The notes beneath the pieces were generated by a model. That model was given only the letters and a program-made list of their open reading frames with translations. It searched no databases and was not told where the DNA came from. From NCBI GenBank assembly GCA_028278145.1, contig JANQEV010000099.1, forward strand, positions 1-37,009: a stretch of DNA of 37,009 nt. The letters are read 5' to 3'. Numbering within the stretch: position 1 is the stretch's first letter; every line of letters starts with the position of its first letter. The stretch comes from Chromatiales bacterium. GTDB taxonomy: Bacteria; Pseudomonadota; Gammaproteobacteria; Chromatiales; Chromatiaceae. Shown one piece after another: positions 7,462 to 16,688 of the stretch. The translations under genes were made by a program, and so were the position numbers.

Positions 7462-8661
7462 ATGCCAATCAAGAGAGTAATAACCAAAGGACGGGTACCG
7501 GTAAAGATATATACCGATGACGTGGAGCATGAGGCACTGAATCAGCTGGCCAACATTGCCCATCTGCCCATAATCCACAGCCACGTGGCAGCCATGCCAG
7601 ACGTGCACATGGGTATAGGTGCCACCGTGGGATCTGTCATCCCTACCAAGGGGGCCATAATTCCTGCAGCAGTGGGTGTGGATATCGGCTGCGGTATGAA
7701 CGCCGTGCGCCTGTCCCTCAAGGCAGAGCAACTGCCGGACAGCATGTTACGTATTCGCTCTGCTATCGAGGCAGCCATACCAGTAGGCTTTAACCAGCAC
7801 AAGAAGGATCCGGTGAAACGCTCCACCATCACTGCATTGAATGTAGAGCTGGAGCAGATCATGGATAAACACCCGGCCATCCTCAAGATGCAGGGCAAGA
7901 AGCCCTACCTAACCTGGGTGCGACAGATAGGAACCCTGGGGGGTGGTAACCACTTCATCGAGATCTGTCTGGATGAAAGCCAGGATGTCTGGATCATGCT
8001 GCACTCCGGCAGCCGTGGTATCGGCAACATAATCGGCCGCTACTTCATCAACCTGGCCAAGAAAGATATGGGCAACATGCTGGGACGCCTGCCGCACAAG
8101 GACCTGGCCTATTTCACCGAAGGGGCACAGTACTTCGATGACTATGTAAAGGCCGTGCACTGGGCCCAGGACTACGCCATGTACAACCGCAAGGAGATGA
8201 TGCGCCGGGTGGTAGATGCCCTGCAGGCAGTGCTGCCACCATTCCAGGCCACCAAGGAGGCCATCAACTGCCACCACAACTATGTGGCCAGAGAGCACCA
8301 CTTCGATGCGGATGTATATGTAACCCGCAAGGGTGCCATCAGGGCAGGTGAGGGTGAGCTGGGTATCATCCCTGGAAGCATGGGGGCAAAGTCCTTTATC
8401 GTCCGCGGTAAGGGTAACCCGACCTCATTCTGTTCCTGCTCCCACGGAGCCGGCAGACGTATGAGCCGTACCCAGGCCAAGCGCCAGTACAACAGCCGGG
8501 ACCTGGAAGACCAGACCCAGGGTGTAGAGTGTCGTAAGGATCGGGGGGTGGTGGATGAAATACCTGCCGCCTACAAGGACATAGACCAGGTTATGGAGAA
8601 CCAGAGTGATCTGGTGGAGGTAGTGCATACCCTGAAACAGATTGTTTGTGTGAAAGGGTAA
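7462..8661 (+). CDS. rtcB: RNA ligase RtcB (3'-phosphate/5'-hydroxyl RNA ligase)
   Basis: 399 aa. RtcB-type motifs GGGNHFIE, HSGSRGIGN and CSCSHGAGRRMSR. Length close to E. coli RtcB. Confidence 0.85.
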   Translation: MPIKRVITKGRVPVKIYTDDVEHEALNQLANIAHLPIIHSHVAAMPDVHMGIGATVGSVIPTKGAIIPAAVGVDIGCGMNAVRLSLKAEQLPDSMLRIRSAIEAAIPVGFNQHKKDPVKRSTITALNVELEQIMDKHPAILKMQGKKPYLTWVRQIGTLGGGNHFIEICLDESQDVWIMLHSGSRGIGNIIGRYFINLAKKDMGNMLGRLPHKDLAYFTEGAQYFDDYVKAVHWAQDYAMYNRKEMMRRVVDALQAVLPPFQATKEAINCHHNYVAREHHFDADVYVTRKGAIRAGEGELGIIPGSMGAKSFIVRGKGNPTSFCSCSHGAGRRMSRTQAKRQYNSRDLEDQTQGVECRKDRGVVDEIPAAYKDIDQVMENQSDLVEVVHTLKQIVCVKG

Positions 8662-8717
8662 GTAAATATATATCTACTTTTTCTGTATATTCTGGAGTGT
8701 CTTGGTACAGGTGCCAT

Positions 8718-8750
8718 ATGGCCAGATGAATAATCTGGCCCATTCTTTTA
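8718..8750. terminator. hairpin between convergent genes (ggccagat-loop-atctggcc, then TTCTTTTAT)
   Basis: An 8-bp inverted repeat between the rtcB stop and the stop of the minus-strand 264-aa gene. Confidence 0.45.
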
Positions 8751-8756
8751 TGTTTG

Positions 8757-9551
8757 TTAGTTATCAGCAACTATTGTTAGACGCTCTTGAGCCAAGTCAT
8801 ATTTCTCCATGTATTTTGCAATTGTCGTAAACGTTGCAGTGGTAATTTGACCGTCATGATCAGAGACAGCAATATCTGGTTTAAACAAGGAGCCAAATAA
8901 CAGTGTAACAGGTCCGACTCTTACTTTTTGCGGCTTAAAATAGGCTTTGCTGTACGCCTTGATTTTATCGACTTTATTTGTTTTATATATTGCCGCATTA
9001 ATTACATCCAAGACAAACTCTGTGCAGTTCTGAAACTTACTGTTAAACGGGTTAGCCAGTGCTGAATATCTTGGGTTGTGTAACTTGTTGTAGGTATCAG
9101 AGTTAATTAGTTTAAATAACTTTTCCTGTAGTTCTGGCTCTGGAATTATTATTCCTGTTTCCAACGCATGTGCGCCAATGAAAAAGTCCGCAGGGAAATC
9201 TACTACAAGGTCACTGACATTTGGCTGCCCGTCACGTTGATATGAGTTATATATTGCATAACCTGGTGACTTCTTCCCATTTTTTGCGGTTATTTGAGAA
9301 TAAACAGCAATGCCTGTGTGGGTGTAGTTGATCCCCTTTGGAAGTTTACTCCTGGGTCTTCCAATCCTGCTGATTAGGAATACTCGTGCTCCACGTTTAG
9401 CCAACGTTCTTTCCACTTTTTTTGCAAATGCGGAAACTTTTGCTCTGGAGTGATAAGACTGGACCCCAGCAGCACTACTGTTGGCACTTGCGTCTGTAGT
9501 AACTGCTAAGACAAAGCAGATAGCGATGACTTTTAATCTACTTGCCTTCAT
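8757..9551 (-). CDS. secreted hypothetical protein (264 aa, N-terminal signal peptide) in an AT-rich islet
   Basis: Signal-peptide-like N-terminus MKASRLKVIAICFVLAVTTDASA. Strong SD (ggaaggag) upstream on the minus strand. Its start overlaps the stop of the upstream 113-aa gene (9548-9551). Confidence 0.65.
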   Translation of the reverse strand: MKASRLKVIAICFVLAVTTDASANSSAAGVQSYHSRAKVSAFAKKVERTLAKRGARVFLISRIGRPRSKLPKGINYTHTGIAVYSQITAKNGKKSPGYAIYNSYQRDGQPNVSDLVVDFPADFFIGAHALETGIIIPEPELQEKLFKLINSDTYNKLHNPRYSALANPFNSKFQNCTEFVLDVINAAIYKTNKVDKIKAYSKAYFKPQKVRVGPVTLLFGSLFKPDIAVSDHDGQITTATFTTIAKYMEKYDLAQERLTIVADN

Positions 9552-9889
9552 CGTCTTTTTCTCCTTCCAAATAATGCGTCCTTAGGTGATTGACCAGTGG
9601 TAAATGTTTCCTTTGCAATTGGGAGAGGTGTACCAGCTGGCTGATTCGCAATTTCCCAAAGATCATTAGATGCTTTTCCACTTATTGTTCCAACTGTGCC
9701 AACAACTGCCAATGGTATTGCGATACTTCCTGCAACTGCCTTTCCGCTCATTGCAGCAGAATGACCAACGGCTTGTACTGAGTGGTTTGTAGCTTTACTA
9801 AAATGGGTCGCGCTACCACCAGCCATGGCTGGTGAAATGGATACTGTTGAAATCAAGGCTGCTGTTAATAGCGGTTTCATGCCGTTCAT
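9548..9889 (-). CDS. small secreted Gly/Ala-rich protein (113 aa; glycine-zipper-like segment AVAGSIAIPLAVVGTVGTISG)
   Basis: Signal peptide, then a Gly-zipper-like hydrophobic stretch. SD aaggagg on the minus strand 7 nt before the ATG. AT-rich codon usage unlike the core genes. Confidence 0.6.
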   Translation of the reverse strand: MNGMKPLLTAALISTVSISPAMAGGSATHFSKATNHSVQAVGHSAAMSGKAVAGSIAIPLAVVGTVGTISGKASNDLWEIANQPAGTPLPIAKETFTTGQSPKDALFGRRKRR

Positions 9890-10076
9890 TTGTATTCCTC
9901 CTTGTTATGCTTTAATTTCGTCGCATACTGTTACTGAACGTCATACAGATAGCTACTGTTACCTGATAAGTCGCAGAATTTGAGACTATTAGTTACATTA
10001 TTCGTACCTTTTTGAGCGTATTATGGGGCAGGCCAGATTTTGTTATCCGGAGAGTTAAATTTAACTGAGGAGATGC

Positions 10077-10586
10077 TTGGTGAACCTGCGGTCATTAATT
10101 AATAATTTTTTCCATTCTGGTCCTTATCTGGATAATCAAAACAGGCTGCCTGATATATTGGCAGCTATTCAGGTACTGGGAACATATGAATTTGCGTCAA
10201 GAGATATTGAAAAATGGGTGACTCGGCTAGGCAGAGAGCCAAAAAGTGCAGAAACATGGAGTGATGTTTTTGAACAGCACCCGGAATTTTTTACTACGGA
10301 TAATAACGACAAGATTGCGCTGGTCTGGCGCCGTAGCTTTACCCGTGACTACGATACAGAGACAAAAGCAACCGTTGATACGGAAGAACGTGAAAAACTA
10401 GAGGCAGAAGAGAAAGAGCCTGGTGGTTGCCCTAGATTATCTAGAAAGCCATTAAACCAAAATCAGATTGAGCATCTGTGTAATTTAGCTATTAATCTGC
10501 ATGAGCGGGAGATCCACCATCAACAAGAGAAGAGGTGGTGGATTGCTGCACTTGTTGCAGTGATAGTGGCTGGGATGTCGATTTAA
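10077..10586 (+). CDS. hypothetical tail-anchored protein (169 aa, TTG start, C-terminal TM WWIAALVAVIVAGMSI)
   Basis: An ORF in the AT-rich islet. SD gaggag at 10066-10071. The charged Glu/Lys-rich middle section is followed by one C-terminal hydrophobic helix. Confidence 0.45.
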   Translation: MVNLRSLINNFFHSGPYLDNQNRLPDILAAIQVLGTYEFASRDIEKWVTRLGREPKSAETWSDVFEQHPEFFTTDNNDKIALVWRRSFTRDYDTETKATVDTEEREKLEAEEKEPGGCPRLSRKPLNQNQIEHLCNLAINLHEREIHHQQEKRWWIAALVAVIVAGMSI

Positions 10587-10717
10587 GTAGTGTAATTATA
10601 AAATGTAGGTTAAATATCAGTCTCCATGCAATTTTGGAACATGATAATAAGCCTGCAGTTAATCACCGTTACATATATTACTAATGGTTATTCACTTTCA
10701 TACACTGGTGAGCATCT

Positions 10718-11134
10718 ATGAAGCGACGTGAAGTCGTAACTGCTTTTCTGCGTAACCAAGGGGAAATTCTGCTGGTGCAGCGCAGTGATAAGGTTGGTAG
10801 TTACCAGGGGTACTGGTCTGCCATCAGCGGTTATCTGGAAGATCCAACAGCACTTGAACAGGCGCAGCGTGAGATACGCGAAGAGACCAGTCTTTCTGAT
10901 GTAGAGGTACACCTGGTACGAACAGGAGCTTCTATCGAGGCTGTAGATACCAAAATGGATGTCTGCTGGGTGGTGCACCCATTTTTGTTTGAGATCGATA
11001 ACCGGGAAGCAGTGCGTCTGGATTGGGAGAACACAGAACTGCGTTGGGTGAAGCCAGAAGAGATAGAACAGTTTCCCACTGTACCCAAATTGATGGAGGC
11101 GCTGCATAACTGCTTGGGAGAAGCCGATGGATGA
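10718..11134 (+). CDS. NUDIX hydrolase (138 aa)
   Basis: Nudix box GYLEDPTALEQAQREIREETSL (GX5EX7REUXEEXGU). Its stop overlaps the next gene's start (ATGGATGA at 11127-11134). Confidence 0.8.
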   Translation: MKRREVVTAFLRNQGEILLVQRSDKVGSYQGYWSAISGYLEDPTALEQAQREIREETSLSDVEVHLVRTGASIEAVDTKMDVCWVVHPFLFEIDNREAVRLDWENTELRWVKPEEIEQFPTVPKLMEALHNCLGEADG

Positions 11135-11990
11135 TGCTGTTTTCAATACAGCCGTTGAAGTCTTCAAGGTAGACCGGGAGCAGGGTGCCAGCGAATTGGC
11201 ACGCCAGGCGTTAAAGATTATGGGTGAGTGTGCTGTGACATGTTCTGCAGTTACTACTGCTGAGTTGATCGCAACACTTGAGCAGAGAGTGCAGACCCTC
11301 AAAGATGCCCGCCCCAGCATGGCTCCAGTTTTCAATCTACTGAAGCGTTGGAAGGCAAGACTATCTACCTATGCTGATAAAGAACTAAAACAGGCTCGAG
11401 TTGCACTGGCTGAGGATGCAATTGAGCTGATCAAGCTTTCGGAAGATGCAGTCACAGCGGTGGCAAAGAATGCTGCTGGCTTTCTGGGGAGTGGTAAGAC
11501 CCTGTTCACCCATAGCCTCAGTTCTACCGTTATGGCACTGTTCAGGGAGCTACAGGGGCGAAATGTGCAAGCCATCATTACTGAATCACGTCCCTTGAAT
11601 GAAGGCCATACCCTGGCCAGGGAACTGGCAAAGCTTTCCATACCCACAACCCTGATAACCGAGGCCCAGATTGGTCTGTTTATCGATCAGGCTGATGCCG
11701 TGGTGATAGGGGCTGATAGCCTGTTACCGGATGGCAGTATGATCAATAAGGCCGGAAGTTACCTGGTGGCATTGGCGGCACGGGAGGAGGGCGTACCATT
11801 CTATGTGTGCTGTGAGAGCTTCAAACAGCGTGCCGAGGAGATGGGAGAGCCGGTCCTGGAATCCATGGATGCTTCTGAATTGTCGGCACCGGTTATTGAT
11901 GGAGTAATGACCAAGAATTGCTACTTCGATATAACCCCTGCTCATCTTATAAAAGGCTGGATCGATGAGATAGGAGTGCGCCTCTCCTGA
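11127..11990 (+). CDS. eIF-2B alpha/beta/delta-like (IF-2B family) protein, related to MtnA / ribose-1,5-bisphosphate isomerase; short form (287 aa)
   Basis: Family motifs: ...TESRP...GHTLARELAKLSIPTTLITEAQ...VVIGADSLLPDGSMINKAGSYLVALAAREEGVPFYVCCESFK. Translationally coupled to both neighbours (TGATG overlap at 11990). Confidence 0.7.
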   Translation: MDDAVFNTAVEVFKVDREQGASELARQALKIMGECAVTCSAVTTAELIATLEQRVQTLKDARPSMAPVFNLLKRWKARLSTYADKELKQARVALAEDAIELIKLSEDAVTAVAKNAAGFLGSGKTLFTHSLSSTVMALFRELQGRNVQAIITESRPLNEGHTLARELAKLSIPTTLITEAQIGLFIDQADAVVIGADSLLPDGSMINKAGSYLVALAAREEGVPFYVCCESFKQRAEEMGEPVLESMDASELSAPVIDGVMTKNCYFDITPAHLIKGWIDEIGVRLS

Positions 11991-12802
11991 TGCATAGACT
12001 CATTCTTACAATTGTTTTGCTGCTTTTAAATGGACTGGCTGTAGCATTTGACCACAACCATAGCATTTGGGATGGTCTGCTCAAACGGCATGTGGTGCTT
12101 ATTGATAAGGGAGTATCTTCCCAGGTAGATTATGCCGGGCTGCAGAAACAGCGCAGGGTACTGGGTAGATATCTGAAAGAGTTATCCAGCGTTACCAAGC
12201 AGGGGTATGGGCGCTGGTCAAAGGCTGAGCAGTTGGCCTTTCTAATCAACGCCTACAATGCATTTACCGTTGAGCTGATCCTTTCAAGATATCCAGATAT
12301 TAAATCTATAAAAGATCTTGGGTCTCTCTTTGAATCGCCATGGAAAAAGAGATTCTTTACCTTACTAGGAAAGAAGAGACACCTGGATGCGGTAGAGCAC
12401 CAGATGATTAGGCGTAAAGGGGTGTTTGATGATCCGCGAATCCACTTTGCAGTTAATTGTGCATCTATAGGCTGCCCCATGTTGCGAAAAAAGGCATACA
12501 GGGCCAAGTCTTTGGATAGACAGTTGGAAGATGCTACACGCCGTTTCCTTTCCGATAGATCCAGAAACCGCTTTGATGCCAAGAGAGGCAAGTTGTCTGT
12601 CTCCAAGATATTCAAATGGTATAGAGAGGATTTTGAGTCAGGTTTTAAAGGGTTCGGCTCTCTACACGCCTTCTTTAAGAAATATGCAGTTCAGGTATCA
12701 GGTGGTTCACGAGAGGCGAAAAAAAGAGTTGCGGCGGGCGATTATAAGATTAGATATCTCGATTACGATTGGCGCTTGAATGATCTTAAGCGAAATAGAT
12801 AG
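11990..12802 (+). CDS. DUF547-like protein with N-terminal signal peptide (270 aa)
   Basis: Signal peptide MHRLILTIVLLLLNGLAVA. Motifs INAYNAF and RIHFAVNCASIGCP recall DUF547. The assignment is from memory of the family, not a search. Confidence 0.55.
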   Translation: MHRLILTIVLLLLNGLAVAFDHNHSIWDGLLKRHVVLIDKGVSSQVDYAGLQKQRRVLGRYLKELSSVTKQGYGRWSKAEQLAFLINAYNAFTVELILSRYPDIKSIKDLGSLFESPWKKRFFTLLGKKRHLDAVEHQMIRRKGVFDDPRIHFAVNCASIGCPMLRKKAYRAKSLDRQLEDATRRFLSDRSRNRFDAKRGKLSVSKIFKWYREDFESGFKGFGSLHAFFKKYAVQVSGGSREAKKRVAAGDYKIRYLDYDWRLNDLKRNR

Positions 12803-12875
12803 TGCAACTTCCTCTTAAATCCAATGGTTTTCTGCATACAGATAGCAACTTGAAAATGGCTCCATAATAGGCAAG

Positions 12876-12901
12876 GCTGTAACTAATCATCTTTGTAGGA
12901 T
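12876..12901. promoter_or_regulatory. perfect 8-bp inverted repeat AACTAATC-N10-GATTAGTT overlapping the SD region of the MoxR gene; candidate operator
   Basis: Seen directly in the sequence. It ends 6 bp before the ATG at 12908. Confidence 0.3.
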
Positions 12902-12907
12902 TAGTTT

Positions 12908-13720
12908 ATGGAAGCCCATGTAGTAAAGCCCGAAGAACACCTGGTTACAGAAGAACCTTATTACGAGTCGGTTGGGGATGAGGTGGCCATGTTTGAAGCC
13001 GCTTATCGCAACGGTCTGCCGCTGTTGCTGAAAGGCCCAACCGGTTGTGGCAAGACCAGGTTCATGGAGCACATGGCCTGGCGTCTCAAGCGGCCCCTGA
13101 TTACCGTCTCCTGTCATGATGATCTCACCGCTGCCGACCTGGTAGGGCGCTACCTGGTGGTGGGAGGTGAGACGGTGTGGGTGGATGGTCCTTTGGCGCG
13201 CGCTGTGCGCTGTGGTGGCATCTGTTATCTGGATGAGATCGTAGAGGCGCGCAAGGACACTACTGTAGTAATACATCCCCTGGGTGATGACCGTCGCGTG
13301 CTGCCCATGGAGAAGAAGGGGGAACTGCTGGAGGCCTCGGATGAGTTCTGTCTCGCCATCTCCTACAACCCTGGTTACCAGAGCGTGCTAAAGGATTTGA
13401 AGCAGAGTACCCGCCAGCGCTTCGTGGCCCTGGAGTTCAACTATCCGGATTCGGAGTTGGAGAAGAAGATCATCATCAAAGAGTCAGGGGTGGATGCGGA
13501 GCTTGCTACCCGTCTGGTCAAGTTCGCCGGTATGACCCGTAACCTGAAGGGGCAGGGCCTGGAGGAGGGTGCCAGTACCCGCCTGCTGGTGCATGCGGGA
13601 AAACTGGTGGCTGCCGGTATCGACCCGGTAAGTGCATGTAGATCTGCCATTGCCGAATCCATTACCGATGATCCAGAGATGCTGCTGGCAGTGCATGAGC
13701 TCAGTGCCTCTCTGTTCTAA
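12908..13720 (+). CDS. MoxR-class AAA+ ATPase of the CbbQ/NorQ/NirQ type (270 aa)
   Basis: [45 protein letters not shown] closely follows the CbbQ/NorQ N-terminal pattern. Walker A GPTGCGKT and Walker [11 protein letters not shown]. Length typical of CbbQ (about 267 aa). Confidence 0.85.
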   Translation: MEAHVVKPEEHLVTEEPYYESVGDEVAMFEAAYRNGLPLLLKGPTGCGKTRFMEHMAWRLKRPLITVSCHDDLTAADLVGRYLVVGGETVWVDGPLARAVRCGGICYLDEIVEARKDTTVVIHPLGDDRRVLPMEKKGELLEASDEFCLAISYNPGYQSVLKDLKQSTRQRFVALEFNYPDSELEKKIIIKESGVDAELATRLVKFAGMTRNLKGQGLEEGASTRLLVHAGKLVAAGIDPVSACRSAIAESITDDPEMLLAVHELSASLF

Positions 13721-13747
13721 GGTGCTATTCAATAGCAGTTCAATGTT

Positions 13748-15874
13748 ATGACATTGACCCCACTAACCACCCATGAACTGGAGGAGCGGTTGGCCGAGAT
13801 ACTTTGGTCAAAGTTGTCTTCCATGAGTGAGGTAGCCAAGACCTTTGCTGGTTTGAAACGGGAACAGCAGGATTTTGCCCTGCACTGGGTGGAAGCCCTG
13901 GAGGGTTCTAATACCGCCTGTGCCTTTCACTTTGCCAGCCATGCGGCACGTGCGCTGCAAGCCCTGAGGCGAAAAGATGTGGAGGCCTGGATTGTGCACG
14001 CAATGGATGTGTATGACAGTTCCGGTCTGTATGCCGCGGTTGAGGTGTTCCGGGATGTGGATGGTTTCCAGGAACGCCAGCGTATTCGACAGGTAGGGGT
14101 GGAGTTTAAGGAAGTCTCTCTGGTGCTGGAACGCTTTATTACCGGTCTCTCCGGGCGGCGTCTGAAACTGGAGGTGGCAGATGAATGCTATACAGATACC
14201 GAAACCCTGTATCTGCCGGAGATAACCAGCCTGTTTCAGAGCCAGGAGGATAACTTCCGGCTGCTGAAGTCTACGGCGGTTTATCTCTGGGCCCAGACCC
14301 GCTTTGGCACCTGGCGCCAGGGTGTGATTGATCTGCTGGCTAACTATCCCCAGCCGGACCTGGCCATGCACCTGTTTCGAGCCCTGGAGCTGCTGCGCCT
14401 GGATGCGGTTATAGCCCGCGAATTGCCGGGTACCCACCGTGATATGTCGGAGTTGAATCTGGACCGGGGTCAGTCCATCTGTCCGCCAGATTGGGAGGGT
14501 TGGCAGCAACGCCTGCAGCAGAAGAGTGCCTCGGTGTGTGACAGCCTGATAATCCTGGATGATATCTATGGTACTGACCTGGTTCTACCGCCGCCCATCT
14601 GCTATCAGGGTGAGTGTTTCCCAGAGCGGGTTGAGCTGGTGTTGCAGGAGCGTATCGTCGATGAACAGACTGGTCTGCGCAGTCTGTTGGTGCGGTTCCA
14701 GAAGGACCTGGAGGCGGATAATCCGGAGCTGATGACCATAGAGCAGCAACCCTTCTCCCTGCATAAACATCCCAATGCAGAGAGTCCGGAACGGTTTGAT
14801 CTGGAGCTTATGTTCAATGGTCAGCCGGTTGTGCCGCCGGAGGATATCCAGACTCTGTTGCAATCCATATTACTGGACCTGGGAGAGATACCGGATGAGT
14901 ATCTGTCACCGGCCGGTGATGGCAAATATGTACTGCGGGACCAGCGTGATCAGGATGAGGATCTGAGTGCCGATGTCTGGTCCGGTACCTACCATGAGAT
15001 CGGGGCCCATATATACGATGAGTGGGACTTTAACCGCCAGCACTACCGCAAGGGCTGGTGTGTGCTGCGGGAACTGGATATTGAGCCCATGGATGATGGT
15101 TTTGTGAACCAGACCATGGAGAAGTACTCCAGCCACCTGGGCAGTCTGCGTAAGACCTTTGAAGCCTTGCGTGGTGAGGACAAGCGGTTGAAGAAAGAGG
15201 CCTATGGAGATGAGGTGGATATCGATGCCCTGGTGGAGGCCCACGCCGATGCTGCAACCGGTGTCGAGATGACTGATCGCCTGTTTACCCGCCTGCATAA
15301 GGTGGAACGCAACCTGGCGGTGATGTTTATGATCGACATGAGCGGCTCCACCCGGGGCTGGATCAATAAGGCGGAGCGGGAGTCCCTGGTGCTGCTGTGC
15401 GAGGCCCTGGAGACCCTGGGTGATCGCTATGCCATATATGGCTTCTCCGGTATGACCCGCAAACGTTGTGAGATCTACCGGGTGAAGAGATTCTCAGATC
15501 AATATGATGAGGAAGTCCGTAACCGTATTGCTGGGATAGAGGCCAAGGATTACACCCGCATGGGTGTGGCCATACGTCATCTAACTGCATTGCTGAATCA
15601 GGTGGAGGCCAAGACCAGGGTGTTAATTACCCTCTCGGATGGGAAGCCGGATGATTACCATGATGGGTATCAGGGGGCCTATGGTATTGAGGATACCCGG
15701 CGTGCCCTGATCGAAGCCAAACGTACTGGTATACATCCCTTCTGCATAACCATAGATCGTGAAGGACAGGACTATCTGCCCCATATGTACGGTCCAGTTA
15801 ACTACACCATTGTGGATGCGGTGGAGAAGTTGCCGTACAAGGTGTCTGATATATATCGAAGACTGACTACTTGA
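13748..15874 (+). CDS. CbbO/NorD-like partner protein with C-terminal von Willebrand factor A domain (708 aa)
   Basis: C-terminal VWA with MIDAS DMSGST (DxSxS) and LSDGKPDD. Sits immediately after the CbbQ-like ATPase with a 27-bp gap, the canonical Q-O / Q-D arrangement. Confidence 0.75.
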   Translation: MTLTPLTTHELEERLAEILWSKLSSMSEVAKTFAGLKREQQDFALHWVEALEGSNTACAFHFASHAARALQALRRKDVEAWIVHAMDVYDSSGLYAAVEVFRDVDGFQERQRIRQVGVEFKEVSLVLERFITGLSGRRLKLEVADECYTDTETLYLPEITSLFQSQEDNFRLLKSTAVYLWAQTRFGTWRQGVIDLLANYPQPDLAMHLFRALELLRLDAVIARELPGTHRDMSELNLDRGQSICPPDWEGWQQRLQQKSASVCDSLIILDDIYGTDLVLPPPICYQGECFPERVELVLQERIVDEQTGLRSLLVRFQKDLEADNPELMTIEQQPFSLHKHPNAESPERFDLELMFNGQPVVPPEDIQTLLQSILLDLGEIPDEYLSPAGDGKYVLRDQRDQDEDLSADVWSGTYHEIGAHIYDEWDFNRQHYRKGWCVLRELDIEPMDDGFVNQTMEKYSSHLGSLRKTFEALRGEDKRLKKEAYGDEVDIDALVEAHADAATGVEMTDRLFTRLHKVERNLAVMFMIDMSGSTRGWINKAERESLVLLCEALETLGDRYAIYGFSGMTRKRCEIYRVKRFSDQYDEEVRNRIAGIEAKDYTRMGVAIRHLTALLNQVEAKTRVLITLSDGKPDDYHDGYQGAYGIEDTRRALIEAKRTGIHPFCITIDREGQDYLPHMYGPVNYTIVDAVEKLPYKVSDIYRRLTT

Positions 15875-15892
15875 ACAGAAAAGGAAAGCGCA

Positions 15893-16630
15893 ATGATTGA
15901 AATCCCGAGTCTTAGGCCTGAGTCACGCTATGGAATACCAACGGCTGATCTGTTTCTGTTTAACCGCTTGTACATTGTTGGCTACTCCTATCTGTTTCGC
16001 CAACCCAGGTGGGCGATGCAGGTTATAGATGATGAAACCATGATGCAGGCGGATGAGGACTTTGATCGCCTGGATAACTTCCGTGAGGATATGCGCGTTC
16101 CAGAGAATTTCCGCTCCACTCTGGATGACTACCGAGGGTCTGGGTTTGATCGTGGCCATCTGATAAATAGTGCCGACCGCAAGGGCTCCAGGATTGTTAA
16201 CAGTGAGACATTTCTGCTGAGCAATATGAGTCCCCAGAAGCCTGGCTTTAACCGCGCCATCTGGTTGGAGCTTGAAGAAGCAGTGCGCAAGCTGGCCAAG
16301 AAAAAAGAGATTGCCGAGGTCTATACCATATGTGGTCCGCTATTCAAGATTGGAGATAAGATTGAGGTTATTGGCGATAACCATGTGGTGGTGCCAGATG
16401 CGTATTTTAAATCTATCCTGGCAGAGAAAATAAAACCCAAGTCTACGAATCAGCTTGCAATGTGGTCATTCGAAATCCCCAATAAGAGGACAAACAAATC
16501 ACTGCGTGAGTTTCTGGTGCCAACAGAGCAGATTGAGTGCCGGGCCGGGCTGCAGATATGGGACAAGTTGCGGGGTGAAAAAAGCGACAGGTTAAAAACA
16601 AGAAAGGGTAGGATGTGGTCAGTCAAGTAA
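15893..16630 (+). CDS. DNA/RNA non-specific endonuclease (EndoG/NucA/Serratia nuclease family, beta-beta-alpha-Me), no signal peptide (245 aa)
   Basis: Active-site motif FDRGHLINSADR (DRGH) and the metal-binding asparagine motif LSNMSPQ. The N-terminus is not hydrophobic. An 18-bp gap after the VWA gene, with SD aaaggaaag. Confidence 0.8.
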   Translation: MIEIPSLRPESRYGIPTADLFLFNRLYIVGYSYLFRQPRWAMQVIDDETMMQADEDFDRLDNFREDMRVPENFRSTLDDYRGSGFDRGHLINSADRKGSRIVNSETFLLSNMSPQKPGFNRAIWLELEEAVRKLAKKKEIAEVYTICGPLFKIGDKIEVIGDNHVVVPDAYFKSILAEKIKPKSTNQLAMWSFEIPNKRTNKSLREFLVPTEQIECRAGLQIWDKLRGEKSDRLKTRKGRMWSVK

Positions 16631-16662
16631 ACTGCACTATCAAACATGGTAAATTGATATTT

Positions 16663-16688
16663 TCCCGCCAGAATTACGGGGTTTTTGA
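16663..16688 (+). terminator. weak intrinsic terminator candidate (tcccg-loop-cgggg + TTTTT)
   Basis: A short GC stem followed by a T-run about 35 bp after the nuclease stop. Confidence 0.35.

Noticed and set aside
13808-14509. 233-aa minus-strand ORF lying entirely inside the CbbO-like gene
   Set aside because: It is antisense to a well-supported, motif-bearing gene. Long antisense ORFs of this kind are a usual artefact of GC-rich coding sequence.
12908-15874. Reading the Q-O pair as a Rubisco activase for a nearby cbb operon
   Set aside because: No Rubisco large or small subunit, carboxysome or Calvin-cycle gene is present anywhere in the 37 kb. Both flanks are unrelated (NUDIX operon; nuclease, then PBP-GGDEF). 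A cbb locus beyond the window cannot be excluded, but nothing here supports it.
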